Source: Dicyema japonicum
Taxonomy: Eukaryota; Animalia; Dicyemida
Assembly: GCA_011109175.1 (NCBI GenBank)
Contig: RDEW01000030.1
Span: 118,094-182,093 of the forward strand
Direction: 5' to 3'
DNA: 64,000 nt
A model generated the notes under the pieces. The model saw nothing but the letters and a program-made list of their open reading frames with translations, made no database searches and was not told the origin of the DNA. Below are positions 48,608 to 61,830 of this stretch, one piece after another. The position numbers and the translations under genes were made by a program. How positions within the stretch are numbered: the first letter of the stretch is position 1; each line of letters begins with the position of its first letter.

Positions 48608-49399
48608 ATCTAACACTTTTAAATTTTAAAATTAATATTATTGATTTAATAAAATAACTGATTTTAGTTTGCCAATTTTATTTACTGAATTATTTTAGTT
48701 TGCCAATTTTATTTACTCAATTTTTGGCTGGACAGAATAAAACTAGATCATACGTGCGTCCGACATTCCCTTCATTCAGAACCTCATGTTTCTTGATGTC
48801 TCACAAGTCTGTCACTTTGTTAATTCACATGAAAAGAAAGAAGGGGTTTTCATCCATCAAGAAGCTCACTAGTAATATAGTGAAATCACCTCAACCTTTT
48901 GACCATTGAACAACTAACCTGTCCACTGTAAATATTTTATAACTTTTTTTAAATAATTTTTCGTTTTATATAAACTTTTTTGTTTTAACAAAATAATCAA
49001 AGCCACATAAATTTGGCATTAATATTCAAAAATTTAATGAAATTTAATAAAATTTATCTACAGATATAAAAGTTCAAGATGGAAATTATTAATTCACATT
49101 CTACGGTTGGACATTGATGTTCTGGCAAATGATGTCATGGATGCGTAACTCAGTTGCTATGGAATCAGTGGGTTCCGTGGAAGACGACAACTACCTTACC
49201 TATAGTTCTGAATAAGGACCTTTCTAAACTGAGTCTGAGAACGAGTGACGATCTAGATCAGTGGTTCTCAAACTTTAAAAAAAGACGTCGTGGTCCTCTT
49301 TATTTTTTTAATTGCTTGCGGTCCTTCATTAAATTAGTGAATTAACATTTTAACAAAAACAAAATTTAGTGCACAATTAAAGAATGATAATTAATGAGA

Positions 49400-50620
49400 T
49401 AAATGCACTTTTTGACCATCACCATATATAAGGCTTGTTTTGGAAAAAATACAAGACTCAATCTCAATACCTCCGACCCAGCACGGATTCCGGGATAACC
49501 ATTCGACACAACACACCTTACAACCCTCACACAATTCATTGCGGATAAAGTTAACTTCCCCAAACCCCATCAGAGGACAGTACTTATATCCGTGGACATT
49601 ACAAAAACGTTCGACTCAGTCCTTAGGAAACTTATAACAAAGAAAATATCTGAAACCAACATCCATCCGAATCTGAAACTTTGGCTTAAGAACTTACTAA
49701 ATGGAAGACGAGCACAAAAACTCTGCAACAACATCAAATCAAGATCTCGCTATTTCCCAAATGGAGTCCCTCAAGGATCCCCACTATCACCCCAACTCTT
49801 CAATCTTTACATATACGAAATGCCACAAACCTGTAATGAAAACTGTCTAATCCTCCCCTATACCGACGATATCATTCTTGCTCCAAGACAGAAGAATTTA
49901 ATCAGCAACTCTGTCCGCTCAACAAATGCTTGAAAAGCTGGAACTATGGCTCTCGAATCGGAGACTTGACACATCAGCAACAAAGTCCTTTGTCACACTG
50001 TTTACCACCTACAAGAGACAGCTCTGTATCGAACCAAAAGTCTTTATGAAGAACGAAGCTATCTCTATTAACAAAACACCGAAGATTCTGGGAGTAACCT
50101 TTGATCAGGGACTCACCTTTATCCGGCATGTTGAAAAAAAGTAACTTCTGCTCTGAAAAAATGAGAATTTTAAAAGTGCTCTCAAAAACACTTAGAGATC
50201 AAACTGGGTTTGCCACGATTTACAAACAATTTATCCGACCAACGATGACGTATGCAAGTCCTTCATGGGCAATGCAAATGTCACGATCTTCCACATTGAA
50301 ATTATCTGCAATCGAGGAGACTGCAATAAGGTTAATTGGACCAGATCACAAATCCAACCATTGAAAATTTTAATCGAATTACAACGGAAACTATCAAAAA
50401 AGGCTAGTTTACCGAGCTGCCCTCTATTCCATGCATTATCGAAATATCTACAATCATACAGAAATTTTAAGCGGGTGTCATGTCCAATGAGAAGAGCTGT
50501 TTAGGATTCTCGACCCCGCCGGACTCGTTCTCTCCTTCGTCGGTCTGGGATCACTTAGTTAGATGAGAACTTTTATTTCTTTATCTTTGACCCAGTGATC
50601 CTGGGGGTAATAATAATAAT
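49400..50620 (+). mobile_element. 5'-truncated Ingi-like LINE with (TAA)n tail
   Basis: QHGFRDNHST, DITKTFD, GVPQGSPLSPQLFNLY, YTDD, KILGVTFD and YKQFIRPTMTYAS; tail taataataataat at 50608-50620. Confidence 0.85.
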
Positions 50621-51479
50621 CACCTATTTTTCTAAGTTAGGTTGTGTTTTTTCAACCCTCATGTCATTTGACACATCCAATCTATTGGGGAATTTTGATT
50701 TGATGGTAAGTAGTGCTGAAAACGCTGTCTCATACTCATATGTATTTGCAAATGGAATAAGCACTTTAAGTGCCATCTTTGCCAATTCTGAATAGGAAAG
50801 TATTAAAATATGGACCTCAAAATGTATTTAATTGCGATGAATGTATTTAATTAATAAAAGAACTCCCCAAAAATCATTTGTCAAAAAGGCGAACAATGTT
50901 TTGGCTATAAACAATGGAAAGAAAGACTCAGACAAAACAACTGATGTAGAGTGCGAAGAGTCATAAAATAATATAGTGGATATTCAGAAACGGAGAATAT
51001 TGAAAATGTCGTAGAGGAAACAAAGGATCTGCTAAACAATTTGGAAGAAAAAATTTCACATGTGGCACCAAAAATGCAGTGGTATCTCTTCCTTGCAGTT
51101 GTAAATTAACAAAATTCACAGATTCAAATATATCCACCAAAAATGCCAATAAAGTCAATAAGCGAGTATCAGAAAAATTTTCATGCAGTTTTGGTTTGAC
51201 GTCTTTAAGAAATTCATGTATTTCTTTTGTAGCATAAATGCTCTCTTCAATACTTTTCTTTTTAAAAGCCATCTCACATTGATCAAATCTGGAATTGATC
51301 AATCTTTGGGCTTTGAATTTGAAGAAATCAACATCCTTTTGTGCTGAACTAGGATGTTTGGATTCCATATGCCTCTTTAACTTGCTCGGCTTAAGGAGTT
51401 TGGCCAAGTCCTCATCATAGAGGTTGGCATCACGTCTCAAGACTGTTTGCAGACTGTGGAAGTGAAGAAAAAAGGAAGT

Positions 51480-51790
51480 ATGACTTTCTTGCAAACGAGT
51501 TGGGGCAGATGCTTGGTTGCATGGTCCTCGTTATTCCAATAGTAATGACGTGGGAAAAATTGTAACAAAGTACCACAAGGGTTATCTGAAGCAGTTGGGG
51601 GTAGATAGGAAACTCCAGGCCTATCTACAGTCCACTGTATTAAAGCGGACTTTAGAGAGCCTGACACTGGAGTATAGGAGGCAGAGCCCGGAGATGCCAT
51701 ATGGGCAGAGGTTCAATTAAACAAGGCGCACTAAGAGTTGTTTCAGCAACCAAAATTGAACCTGCCTGAGGAGGCAGGCGAGAAAAGTTG
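51480..51790 (+). mobile_element. R4/Dong-like element 3' fragment
   Basis: IVTKYHKGYLKQL..AYLQSTVLKRTLES is homologous to 18570-18670. Confidence 0.55.
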
Positions 51791-52420
51791 TTGATTATCA
51801 AATATTAACTTCTTATTGTTAGGTAAATAAAGTGGGTTAAATTTTAATTACTAAAGATTGTTCCGCAGACCTCAGTTTGAGAAACACTGATCTAAATATA
51901 TACTAAGGATCAAGGCGAAGAAGAGAAAACGCTGGATGAGATTAACAAAACAGTTAGCAAACGAATGCTGCACAAGAAAAAACTCTAATTAAGTATCGTT
52001 CTTTAGAATAATTATAATAAAATTACACACTTATTACTTGATGCAATCAGTTGCCTCCAATTCAGTTTTCTTGAAATCAGTCCGTTAGTGATTATAAATT
52101 CTAAAAAAGTTTAAAATCGAAAAATCATATATTTACGAGTCTCATGTTACCACTAGGACACTTTAAAGATTAAGTTCGAAATTTATTTATTTATTAAAAC
52201 CAAAAATCACCGACAAACTAAATAACTATATAGCCGTCAGGTGATTCCGGCCGCCTCGAATAGCAATCTCATTCTTGCTCGGATTTATAAATAACTCCGA
52301 TAAATACGCCAAGTCGATGAAATTAGGAAAAAATAGTTTATTAAAAAATAAATTAAATGGGAAATATATTATATAAATAAATAACGCAAAATTCAAAATT
52401 CAATGTTTTTACTGTTACGC

Positions 52421-55378
52421 ATGCTTAGACGCAAAGTAAGAGATAAATAATGCCAAGTTGTCAGTTCAAACTCAGAGTACTTTTTCAGACAGAATAATCC
52501 CAATTTCAGGGATAAAAGTTAACTTCCCATACAATCCATATCCCTCCCAGTTGAGATTAATGGATAACGTTTATTTTTACAACCATCGCAGCTAATTAAA
52601 GGCCTAAAAAACGGAGAAAACTGCATGATAGAGTCCCCCACAGGAACCGGAAAAACTATGGCACTTTTGTGCGCCTCCATTGCCTGGCAGCGATCTCTAA
52701 TGCATGAAGCTGGTCCATCAGCTCAGAAGTTGGCAAAAAGTTTCATTTTAATAATCATAAGTCGACCACGACTTCGATGAAGAAGAGATCACTCCCAATT
52801 TGTTTCTTTCAGAGTCCGCCAATCGCTCTAAAGCAAGCCGGTTCCATATTTCTATGATTTAAGAATTCCCAAGATCATCTACGCCACGAGGACCCACGGA
52901 CAAATCAGACAAATTATAGGGGAGCTCAAAAAGTCATCATATTCCGACACTCGGTATTCTGTAATCTCACTAAAGAGTTACCGTGCTTAGTTCGAGGAAT
53001 CAGAGCTGCATAAATAGCCGAGTCTGCTCTCCTGGAAACGACAGAAACGTCACGTGTATCCAAACTGTGGTTATGTTGCTTTACAATAGCGGAAAAACAA
53101 ACTCTGTACATTTTACGACGGACTGGGTAACCAAAAGAAGATGGAAATGCTAGAACACTTTGCAGGTGCTGGTTGCTGGGACATTGAGGACCTTAACCAA
53201 TTTGGGAGTACTGTGAAAGTGAGGAAACTCTATATTTTAGATTTGCCCCTACTATGCTGCCTTTGAGTTGTACAACTCGGCTGAGATGGTCATCTGTCCA
53301 TATCACTACCTATTACGAGAACACGTGGCCGATACTGTAAACCTTACTGGTTCACCCAGACTTACTCTATTTCTACTAAGGGGAACATTCTCATCTTTGA
53401 CGAGGGACATAATTTGGACGATATTTGCCGGAGTTACTCATCCTTCAGCACAAATCTCTCAAAGATACGACATTTCTCAAACTTTTTGAATAATTTTAGT
53501 ATTATTCCCTCTTACTGGCAGGTTGTTCCAATTCTGACATGACAAATTACCTTTTGATTGTGGGAGACATTAGCAGGAGAATTTTAAGTTTCTGTGAGTC
53601 TATTCCTTCCTGGGAGTCTCAGAGTTTCAACAACGACCAATTCTGCTCGTACACGGGGTTCGATATGATAGAACGACTGAAGAAAATGTCAATTGGTCCT
53701 GATGACTATAAAGTGCTTATTGTTTGCTGTTTGGGTGATTCGGGTAGATGCCTAATGTTCCCTACTCAGAAAAGCCAATTGATGAAGAGTTGATTGCTGT
53801 TAAGAGTTTGTGGCGCAATTGGTTGAGGACTCTGAAATTTCTGTATGAGACTGATGAAGACAGGTACAACGACTTTAGGTAGTTGACTATGTGATGTAGG
53901 CTTATCATCACTAAGGAGTTTAAGAGTGGGGAAATCACGGTGGATATTGCCTGTCTCAACGCTGCTCTGGTTGGGGGACTTTTTACTTTAGTTATTCTCA
54001 AAGTTGGACAAAGAGGCCAAAATGATTACGATTGCCAGTGGCACGTTGTCTCCCATCGACCATCTTACAATGGAGTTGGGGGTAGAATTTCCCAATATTT
54101 TTGACGGATCCTTATTCTCTAACCAGAATGATGTAAATATATGTGATTATGTAGTTCTGGGCTGGTTGTATTAGCCAAGATTCTGACAACGTTCATTTGT
54201 ACGGAGTTTTACGTGAATCTACGAATCCTGTGTATGCAGATTCCTTGGGGACAGTCCTTTTACGTTTACTTGAGGTCGTCCCAAATGGTGTTATTTGCTT
54301 TTTTCCGTCGTCCACTTTCTATAGAAATGTGACCTCCCGTTGGATGGTGGGTACTCATGTTATTGTAGCTCACTGGAGTGTTCGAACGAATTAAGGCAAC
54401 AAAACAGCTCTTTTCTGACTTAGAGAGCGAGTCAGCCAGTGAAAGTAGTAATCTGATACAGTCTTACATTAATGCTGCCCAGTTAAATCCCGGTTGTCTG
54501 TTTGTTTACTGTTAGGAGCTGTTCTTTTTTGTGTTTGCAGGGGGAGGATGAGTGAGGGTATCAACTTCTCAGACAAGGCATCACGTGGAGTCGTTATTGT
54601 AGTTTTATCGTATTAAAGTTAGATTGGTCAGCCCTATGTTTCTCTTTCTCCGATGGTTTCCGTGATTTCGTGACTTTGTAGGTTAAGGCCAAAATTGAGT
54701 ATAATAAAAAATATTTGCCGGTGGAGGAGTCAAAAAATACTTGGTTGTCCAATAACATGTTCAGTGCAGTGAATCAGTCTCTCGGAAGATGTCTTAGGAA
54801 TGAGTAGTGGTTGTTTCTATGTTAGCTCGGATTGGGCCTGCATGATCCTTCTTGATAGTCGATATCAAATTATTCCAACAGGTATTTGTCTCTCATTGTT
54901 TGAAGGCATTTCAAAGTGGATTTTCAAAAAACTAAAGAAATTTGACTCATTTGAAAATTCCATCACCTCGATTTCTAAGTTTTTGTCTGACAAACAGTCT
55001 GTCATGGAAGAAAAAACGTCGGTGGTATCCCCAAGAGAAATGTCTAGTGTATTTATAAATAATGATGATATTAAATGTATAAGTGTCGTTATTCTGTAGA
55101 TTCTGGGTCAGAAATATTGTCCAACCTCCCCGAAGTCATCACTGATCATATTGAAATTGACTCTATTGATTATATTCAGGAAATTTCTGGTAGTCCAGAG
55201 TCATTCAAGTCTATGGTGGGAGAGCATAGTATGGAATTATTTGAGTGATGTAGAAAATTCTACTCAAATATCTCAATTTTATGGATTGGGTGGACTCCCA
55301 GATATTTGTCGTCTTATTGACTCTGACACTCTGCATTATGAGAAGGCTCATTTTGATTTTTTATTATTAGGTTTATAA
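52421..55378 (+). CDS. BRIP1: FANCJ/BRIP1-type Fe-S DEAH-box DNA helicase
   Basis: First intron 52436-52457. Gives GIKVNFPYNPYPSQL, ESPTGTGKTMALLCASIAWQ, PKIIYATRTHGQI, four Fe-S cysteines (SC, TC, LC, CPYY; needs the 20-nt intron 53070-53089), IFDEGHN, ASGTLSP, CFFPS, CRGRMSEGINF and AVNQSLGRCLR..DWACMILLDSRY. The 3' end is approximate. Confidence 0.88.
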
Positions 55379-55949
55379 ATTGGTTTATAAGAGTGAGTGA
55401 TTATTGTAAATTTTGTTATTAAATTTTTTTGTTGAATTTTTATCATTATTTTAATGATAGATCAGGTGATCCTTCTTAGTAGTTGAAGAATGGAAATAAT
55501 CTGTTTTACCACCTAATGTCCTTGAGATATAATTATTGTCATCCCAAAACCAATCCTACAATTGTTTTATAGTTAACAAATGAATTTCATTTAATTTCGT
55601 TTTAATGGTCGAGCAGATTGATGATAATGGTAAAGTATTGCTTCACTTAATTTCAAATACTGAAAAATTAATAAATTATGTTTAATTTAAAAATTAACAT
55701 AAAATCATAACCGCATCAAATTTTCCATTATAAAGTCTAATTATAAAGCTTTAATTCTTTATTCATATAGATGATACATCTATTGAGATCAATTGGAGGA
55801 ATCACTTGATTTCACGGACGGTTTTTGAATGTAGTCAAACGCTCCGGGTTTCGAGGAAGGACAGACTTCCAGCTTAACGCTCCAGTTGACAGAATTATAA
55901 ACTACATATAAACTTAAAATTAAATAAATAAAAGATTATGGATATAATG

Positions 55950-57450
55950 ATAATATGGAATCCAGATCGACCTTTAAGACACGTCAGTCAAATTCCTAGA
56001 TATATTCACGGGGGTAACAGATCTTGTTGTCTAATCATAACGTCTGATGACATCGAATGTGACTATCGTGGGTTCGTCAAGAACTTCCTACTTTATTTCT
56101 GATCAACTCCACTGGTGGAGATTACCATTATGAAAAGTCATCTCCCTATGAATGATTGATGTCCGCAACGGTAGGACGGACCTGCTTCTCCATCTCTCTT
56201 CTGGATCTGAAGTCTGTAATGGTTATTAAAAATGGATTTGGTCGGAACAAGCAGACGTTCTCATATTAGTTCTTATTTTGATTAATTAGTTACGACTGTG
56301 CCGGTCCTACGAAATTTTGTAAATCTGGGATTAGTTAGTTAATGCACGACCGCATTGCCAGTAAAAAATGTTTATGGTTTCGCTTGTGCCATTTTTTTAG
56401 GATTATCCTTACCGCTAGTCTTTTTTATCTTTTTCGTTGTCGTGCTCGTTTCTGATTTCGTCCAGATCGTCTGCATCCATCAATCGGACCCCGATCACAG
56501 CATAATCCTCCGAAAGTGTCCTAGGAAGACAATGTAGAAATATGACCGAACGATTCTTACGTGAAGGCATTGCATGGTGTTTCTTCTCCCACCCGTAGAA
56601 TATGTCCAAAAAGGCGCCAACAGGCTTCAAGTACGTTCAGACTTATTTGTCCGAAATCAGTCAGTCTGTATAATTTATTGTTTTAGATTTTCTTTGGCCA
56701 AGAATATCCAAAGAGTTTTTATTAGTTAACCTCTGTGAAACGAGTCGAGTTGCTCCATACCTTTCTTTGATGTTCCCCAAGTACATGCATTGTACATGAG
56801 GACTGGTCGGACAAATCCATTATATAAGCGTATCCGCATCTTAGCAGGAATTTGTTTCTTTCTCATTAGAATGGATTATAATTTTAAAGTGCTATTGTTC
56901 CCAGTATCTTTCGTCGTGTGATATCTTCTGAATCGCCAAGTAAAGATCCGAGTTTTCAGGTGTCCTCCACTTCTCAACAAGAGTTGGTGTTCTTTCAATA
57001 GTGGTTACTTCAGTTTATCTTCATTGACTTTGAGAGACCATTTACTCAAAATTGTTTTCGCTTTCTCTATAATAACGTCTATAAATTCCGATCTTCTCGA
57101 CAAAATCGACATCATCCGCGTAAATAAGTTCCATAAATAGGTTGTCCAGACATCCAATCTGTTCTCTTAGATCTCTCAAAGCTGCCTCCGGATAGATGAT
57201 GAATAATACAGGAAAAAGTGTCCCCTTTGTTGGGTTCCAACATTTGTAGAAAATGATCTAGACTCCTTAGAGCAACTCTGACGAGTAGTTCAGTCTCAGA
57301 TAATAGCAAATGCATCATGCGCAGACTGTCTTCATCTAATATATCTGTTTGTGAAGGAACCCCTAAAACGATGGATTAAAGGAGAATTAGGAAATTGTTG
57401 GATACTGGGATCGCTTGATTATTTAGCTTTGACACCTTCTTTCTATGTTA
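55950..57450 (-). mobile_element. RTE-like LINE 3' half, degenerate
   Basis: LLVRVALRSLD and ACWRLFGHILRVGEETP motifs. Confidence 0.6.
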
Positions 57451-57699
57451 TCTCGGGGTAATTAATACTATGATTAACTGAAAATACTCAGGAATTAAAT
57501 TCTTTATTCGCCTTAGCGAATTTTGAGTTTCTCAATCTCGGGTCTTATCTTGAGTTTACTCATCTCCAGAAAGGCTTCCTATTGGCATCGATAAAAATCT
57601 TAGCTTTTTATTGATTGTAGAACCTTCGACTTTAGTGTCATCTTTATAAACAATTTATGATCAGACTCTTTACTCTCCGGTCGCTTAAAATGAAAGAAA

Positions 57700-60600
57700 A
57701 TCGTGGTTAACAGCAACTTAATAACCAAAAGTGTGCGCTCCCAGATGTCAGTCAGATAAATCTGGTGTGTGGGTCACATCGGTCAATCATGTATCATTAT
57801 AAAGATATTTTAGGGGTCATACAAAGGAATGGAGCCTTTATTCTGAAAGCATACCCAGTCAACTTTTCCCATGACGGGTATAAAATTTATGGATCGACCT
57901 TCTATTCCTTGAAGCTACAAACCGAAGAAGAGAAACCGGATTCCTTCGCCTTTGTGAAGAAGGCAAAAATCCACTTCGCCTATTTCTGGCTCGGACAAAG
58001 GAAAGTCGAACGGTTCAGAAGTTCTCACCACAATCGATTTCCTGTGATAACACGAGAGGAATCAAATAGAAAAAATGACATGTGGTTCGCCGACGACATA
58101 TTATTACTTCACAAATCCAAACTTTCTACCAGCAATGCAACACCAAGGTTCCCTGGATTCACAGTAGTTCATCGCGACAGACGTGAGAAACCTGGTGGAG
58201 GCCTACTTACTGTCATTCGTAGCGGAATTCTGTACGAGGATATTATTGAATATGCCTACGCATTGCTCAATGACTGTGGAAATATCGAACTTGTGGCAAC
58301 AAAAATCCGAATTCCCAGACTTTCTCTAGTAAACGCATATCTTCTACCTTAAGTTTCTGCTCCTCCCATGTTCCCAGATTCTCTTACCTCCCTGAAGAAT
58401 GTGCTTATCTGTGGTGACTTCAGTGCGAAGCTGGCAGGACAGGACCATACAAAAAGGGGAAAGATGTTAATTGAGAACCTCGACAGTCTCTGCATACTCA
58501 GCTATCCGACTTTTTGTACAAAATCAACTCGACGAAACGATAAACCATCATCTATTGACATCTCACTTCATCTCATTCCTGACCCCTCTTATTGACTAAT
58601 CCGTCAAATATGACACCAGGAGCGACCACAATCCGATATTTTTGGAGGTCAAAACGAGATAATGGATGGGAAAACTGTCTAACGATAATTAATTACGGCC
58701 TTGCAAACTGGAGAGCATTTAAAAAGTACGTCGAAAACGCTGTTGGTCTTTTCCAGTTACACACAACATCCTCAGTAGAACAAATGGTTAACATGATTTT
58801 CTCAAGGCAGGGAAGTTATTATCCTGATGGGACGACGGCTTTCCTCATCAATGAAGTTTAGGTTCGCGGACAATGCTCCTGATAAAAGACATCGTCAGAA
58901 TACATGCTCTCAACAAATGAATAAGCAAAGACACGAACATAAAACTGTTGACGAAACTATCCCAACATCTGTCTGCAAACCCATCTGTTAGAAAGATATA
59001 GATACGACCAAATCAATCAAAACCCCCATTGCACAACATCTTGAAGAAATCCAACACTCTGATTAACTATTTTGTCGCGAGCCACAGACGTCACCTTGAT
59101 AGCTGAAATCAATGTCAATCATTGTCAGAAAATGAAATAATCAATTATTTCAAAGCAAACATTAACTAATTATTGATAATTATATTTTTAAGGCGTTTAG
59201 AATGCACCTTCTTAACAATTCCCTCGGGACGCGTCCCACACTGGTTACATGTCACCTGGCAATCAACTGTCAAACCACATGTCAGATGCCATACTTAATG
59301 TGGCTTTGATCATTTTTAATCATGTCGGACATACATAATAAATTTTGCCGTTATTCACAAATATTCAGCATGTGCTCTATAAAATGTTTATCTTCATATA
59401 TAATAGGCTTAGTCAAAAATATTATGGAATATCAATCCATCGTGAGCATTCTAAATGGTGATCCTTTAAAGACATCTTCAAGACAGGCGAAATACAAATT
59501 AATGAAAAAACCCGAGAAATTCATAGTCATTGATGTCGATTATACCTCAAAGACGAAAAATTTGAAAAACAGAGCTAGTTGTTTGCATGGATAACGAGTC
59601 TGAAATGCGAACTATTTCGAAGTCTATCCATAAAAATAGTCATTCGTGGATTCGTAAACTGCATCAAGAATGTTTTCACTTTTATTTTTAAATAAAACGG
59701 AAAATTATTGAAAGAATTGTCATAGAGTGCACACTCTTCAAGTTTTCTACTCCACTTAAAGTAGAAAATTAATTTATATAATAGATTTACAATTCTAAAT
59801 ACCACGTGACGGCCAATAGACCTAATGAACGATTGCAGGCAGACCTCATACATGTTAAACAATTTAATGATTCAAATGATATAAATGGATTTTTACTGTC
59901 ATTGATATTTACAGCAAATATGCTATTTGTAAAGAACTTAAAAATAAATCTGCAATAGGTATATTTTTAATTTATTGGAATTTAGAAATTTTTGAAGCAT
60001 TCGAAGAAATTTGTTTTGAAATCGGCTTTTTTGAGATTCTGCAAACAGATAATGGAACAGGGTTTAAAAACAAATATCTAGACTCTTTCGCATGAAAAAT
60101 AAAATCATGCATATTTATGGAAGACCAAATCATCCTCAATCACAAGTGATGAAATAATATTTTATGAGGTATTTTTAGTGAATATATTTAGATACGAGTT
60201 TTAAAGAATTATGGGACAAATACATCGCTAAAGTTGAGCAGATTTGAATCTCCAATTTATAAAAATAAAAAAAATTATAGAATTGATAAAATTTTAATTA
60301 AAATGACAGTTAAGACAGCAGATGACAGCTGTCATAGGTAACGTCTGTGGCTCGCGACATATTATGTTTCAGTCTCGCACAAAGATTTCTAAAGATCACC
60401 ATGTTTATTTGAAGAGGATTAAATCAGAAACCTTCACAGACTGGATAGTATTCTCCATAGCTTATGTCCATCTGACATATTTATGAAACGGAACTTCCAA
60501 ATTCTCTACTATGGAACTGAACTATCTGGGGACCGGATTCCATCTCCACTATGGAACTGAGTTATCTGGGCCCTCTAGTTCTATAGATGTTAGCTCTAAC

Positions 60601-61830
60601 ATTTAATACGTCGATAAATACGAATAGTATCCCGGAAATTTGGAAGAGATCTCACATAAAACCAATGCGGAAGGCTGGCAAACCCGCAGAAGAACCTGCA
60701 TCATAAGGACCAATATCAATCCTATGCGCTGCTTCAATAATTCTCAAATGTATTCGAGATGGCATCCCAATGTCTGCCTTTAAATATGGATTCCGAGCTA
60801 ATCATTCAACTTCCACACACTTTACGACCCTTTTCCATATATTGCAGAAGGATTCAACGCCCCGAAACAACATTTAAGGACTGTTCTTGTTTCTCTGGAC
60901 ATTACCTAAGCATTTGATTCACTAAAGAAATTATCTAACGAAAAAAATATTTGAAACGGATATCGGCCCTAACCTGAAAAGATGGCTCTCTATCTCTCTG
61001 GGGAAGGCGTGGACAGGTAATCTGCAACGTTAAATCGAGACACGGTCTCCTTCAAATGGGGTGCTCTAAGGACCCTCTACTATCACCAAAACTCTTCAAT
61101 TTGTATATATACACAACATGCCACAACCCACAGACGAAGCTGTCTCCTCCTTTGACGTCCGAACCACATAGTGATGCTGCAAAGGACGGGGTAACGATGT
61201 CGCCTCTCAAAAGATTAAAGGAATGCTAAATTCCTTAACCCAATGGTTGGAAGGAGTATGCTTGGAAGTGTCACCTCTTGACATCTTGTCGACAAGATTA
61301 TACAAGGATGGCAAAGACCACGATTAATAATGTGAAAGTTCCTTTTACGACCACATCCACCATTTTGGTAGTGACTTTTGATTAAGGACTTACATTCGCA
61401 AAACATGTTGAGAATCAGATGACTGAAGCACTTACGAGAATGAAGATCCTGAAGATAATCTCAAAACCCTAGGAAGAAACGCCCCTTTCCGATGTCCATT
61501 GGAAATTTTTACAACCGGCGCTGACTTACGCCAGTGAGTCGTGGTGAATGGTCATTTATCGATCCTCTCTCCTGAAACTGTCATGAAGCTACCAAAAGAG
61601 TCATTGGCCGTAACTATATACTCGCTCCTCTGGAAGCAGTTTTGATTGTAAACAATTGAGGATGGTGAGAAAAGCTACACTGCCCAACAAATTCTTTTTT
61701 TTACCAAATGAGTGATAACTTTATATCCCGTGGCCAGAATTTTTCGATGTCACATCTTAGGATCTATTAAGAGCGACAATGGTTGTTAGTAAACAAAAAA
61801 TTATGAAATTAATAAATTATGATTTCTATA
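57700..61830 (+). mobile_element. Ingi-like LINE split by a Ginger insertion (57700-59072 and 60360-61830)
   Basis: HRDRREKPGGGLL, CGDFSAK, SSIDI, YGFRANHSTST and LDIT*AFD. Removing the insert restores NYYVSVSHKDF, homologous to KYYASISHKDF at ~24790. Confidence 0.75.
59073..60359 (+). mobile_element. Complete-ended Ginger-like DNA transposon (decayed integrase)
   Basis: 23-bp TIRs TGTCGCGAGCCACAGACGTCACC / GGTAACGTCTGTGGCTCGCGACA; 5-bp TSD TATTT/TATTA; ERLQADLI, VIDIYSKY, ILQTDNGTGFKN and GRPNHPQSQ motifs. Confidence 0.85.

Larger units (their letters stand above)
49259..51889 (-). mobile_element. hAT (Charlie/Buster-like) element containing nested retroelements
   Basis: TIRs CAGTGGTTCTCAAACT / AGTTTGAGAAACACTG; TSD ATCTAGAT / ATCTAAAT (7 of 8); LKPSKLKRHMESKHP, LAFLVDIFE..NLQLQG and hAT C-terminal motifs. 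Confidence 0.85.
49060..52000 (+). mobile_element. RTE-like LINE 3' remnant split by a hAT insertion (49060-49258 and 51890-52000)
   Basis: RWKLLIHILRLDIDVLANDVMDA and LSLRTSDDLD motifs flank the hAT TSD. Confidence 0.55.

Noticed and set aside
48700-48930. Small minus-strand gene downstream of NADSYN1
   Set aside because: No splicing pattern gave a stop-free recognisable protein.
49060-49258. Host gene disrupted by the hAT at 49259 (has a GT..AG 24-mer)
   Set aside because: It translates as an RTE C-terminus (WKLLIHILRLDIDV), so it is not a host gene.
52230-52325. GC-richer island upstream of BRIP1 as a possible ncRNA
   Set aside because: Single copy, with no convincing fold or family motif. 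It could be promoter or decayed coding DNA.
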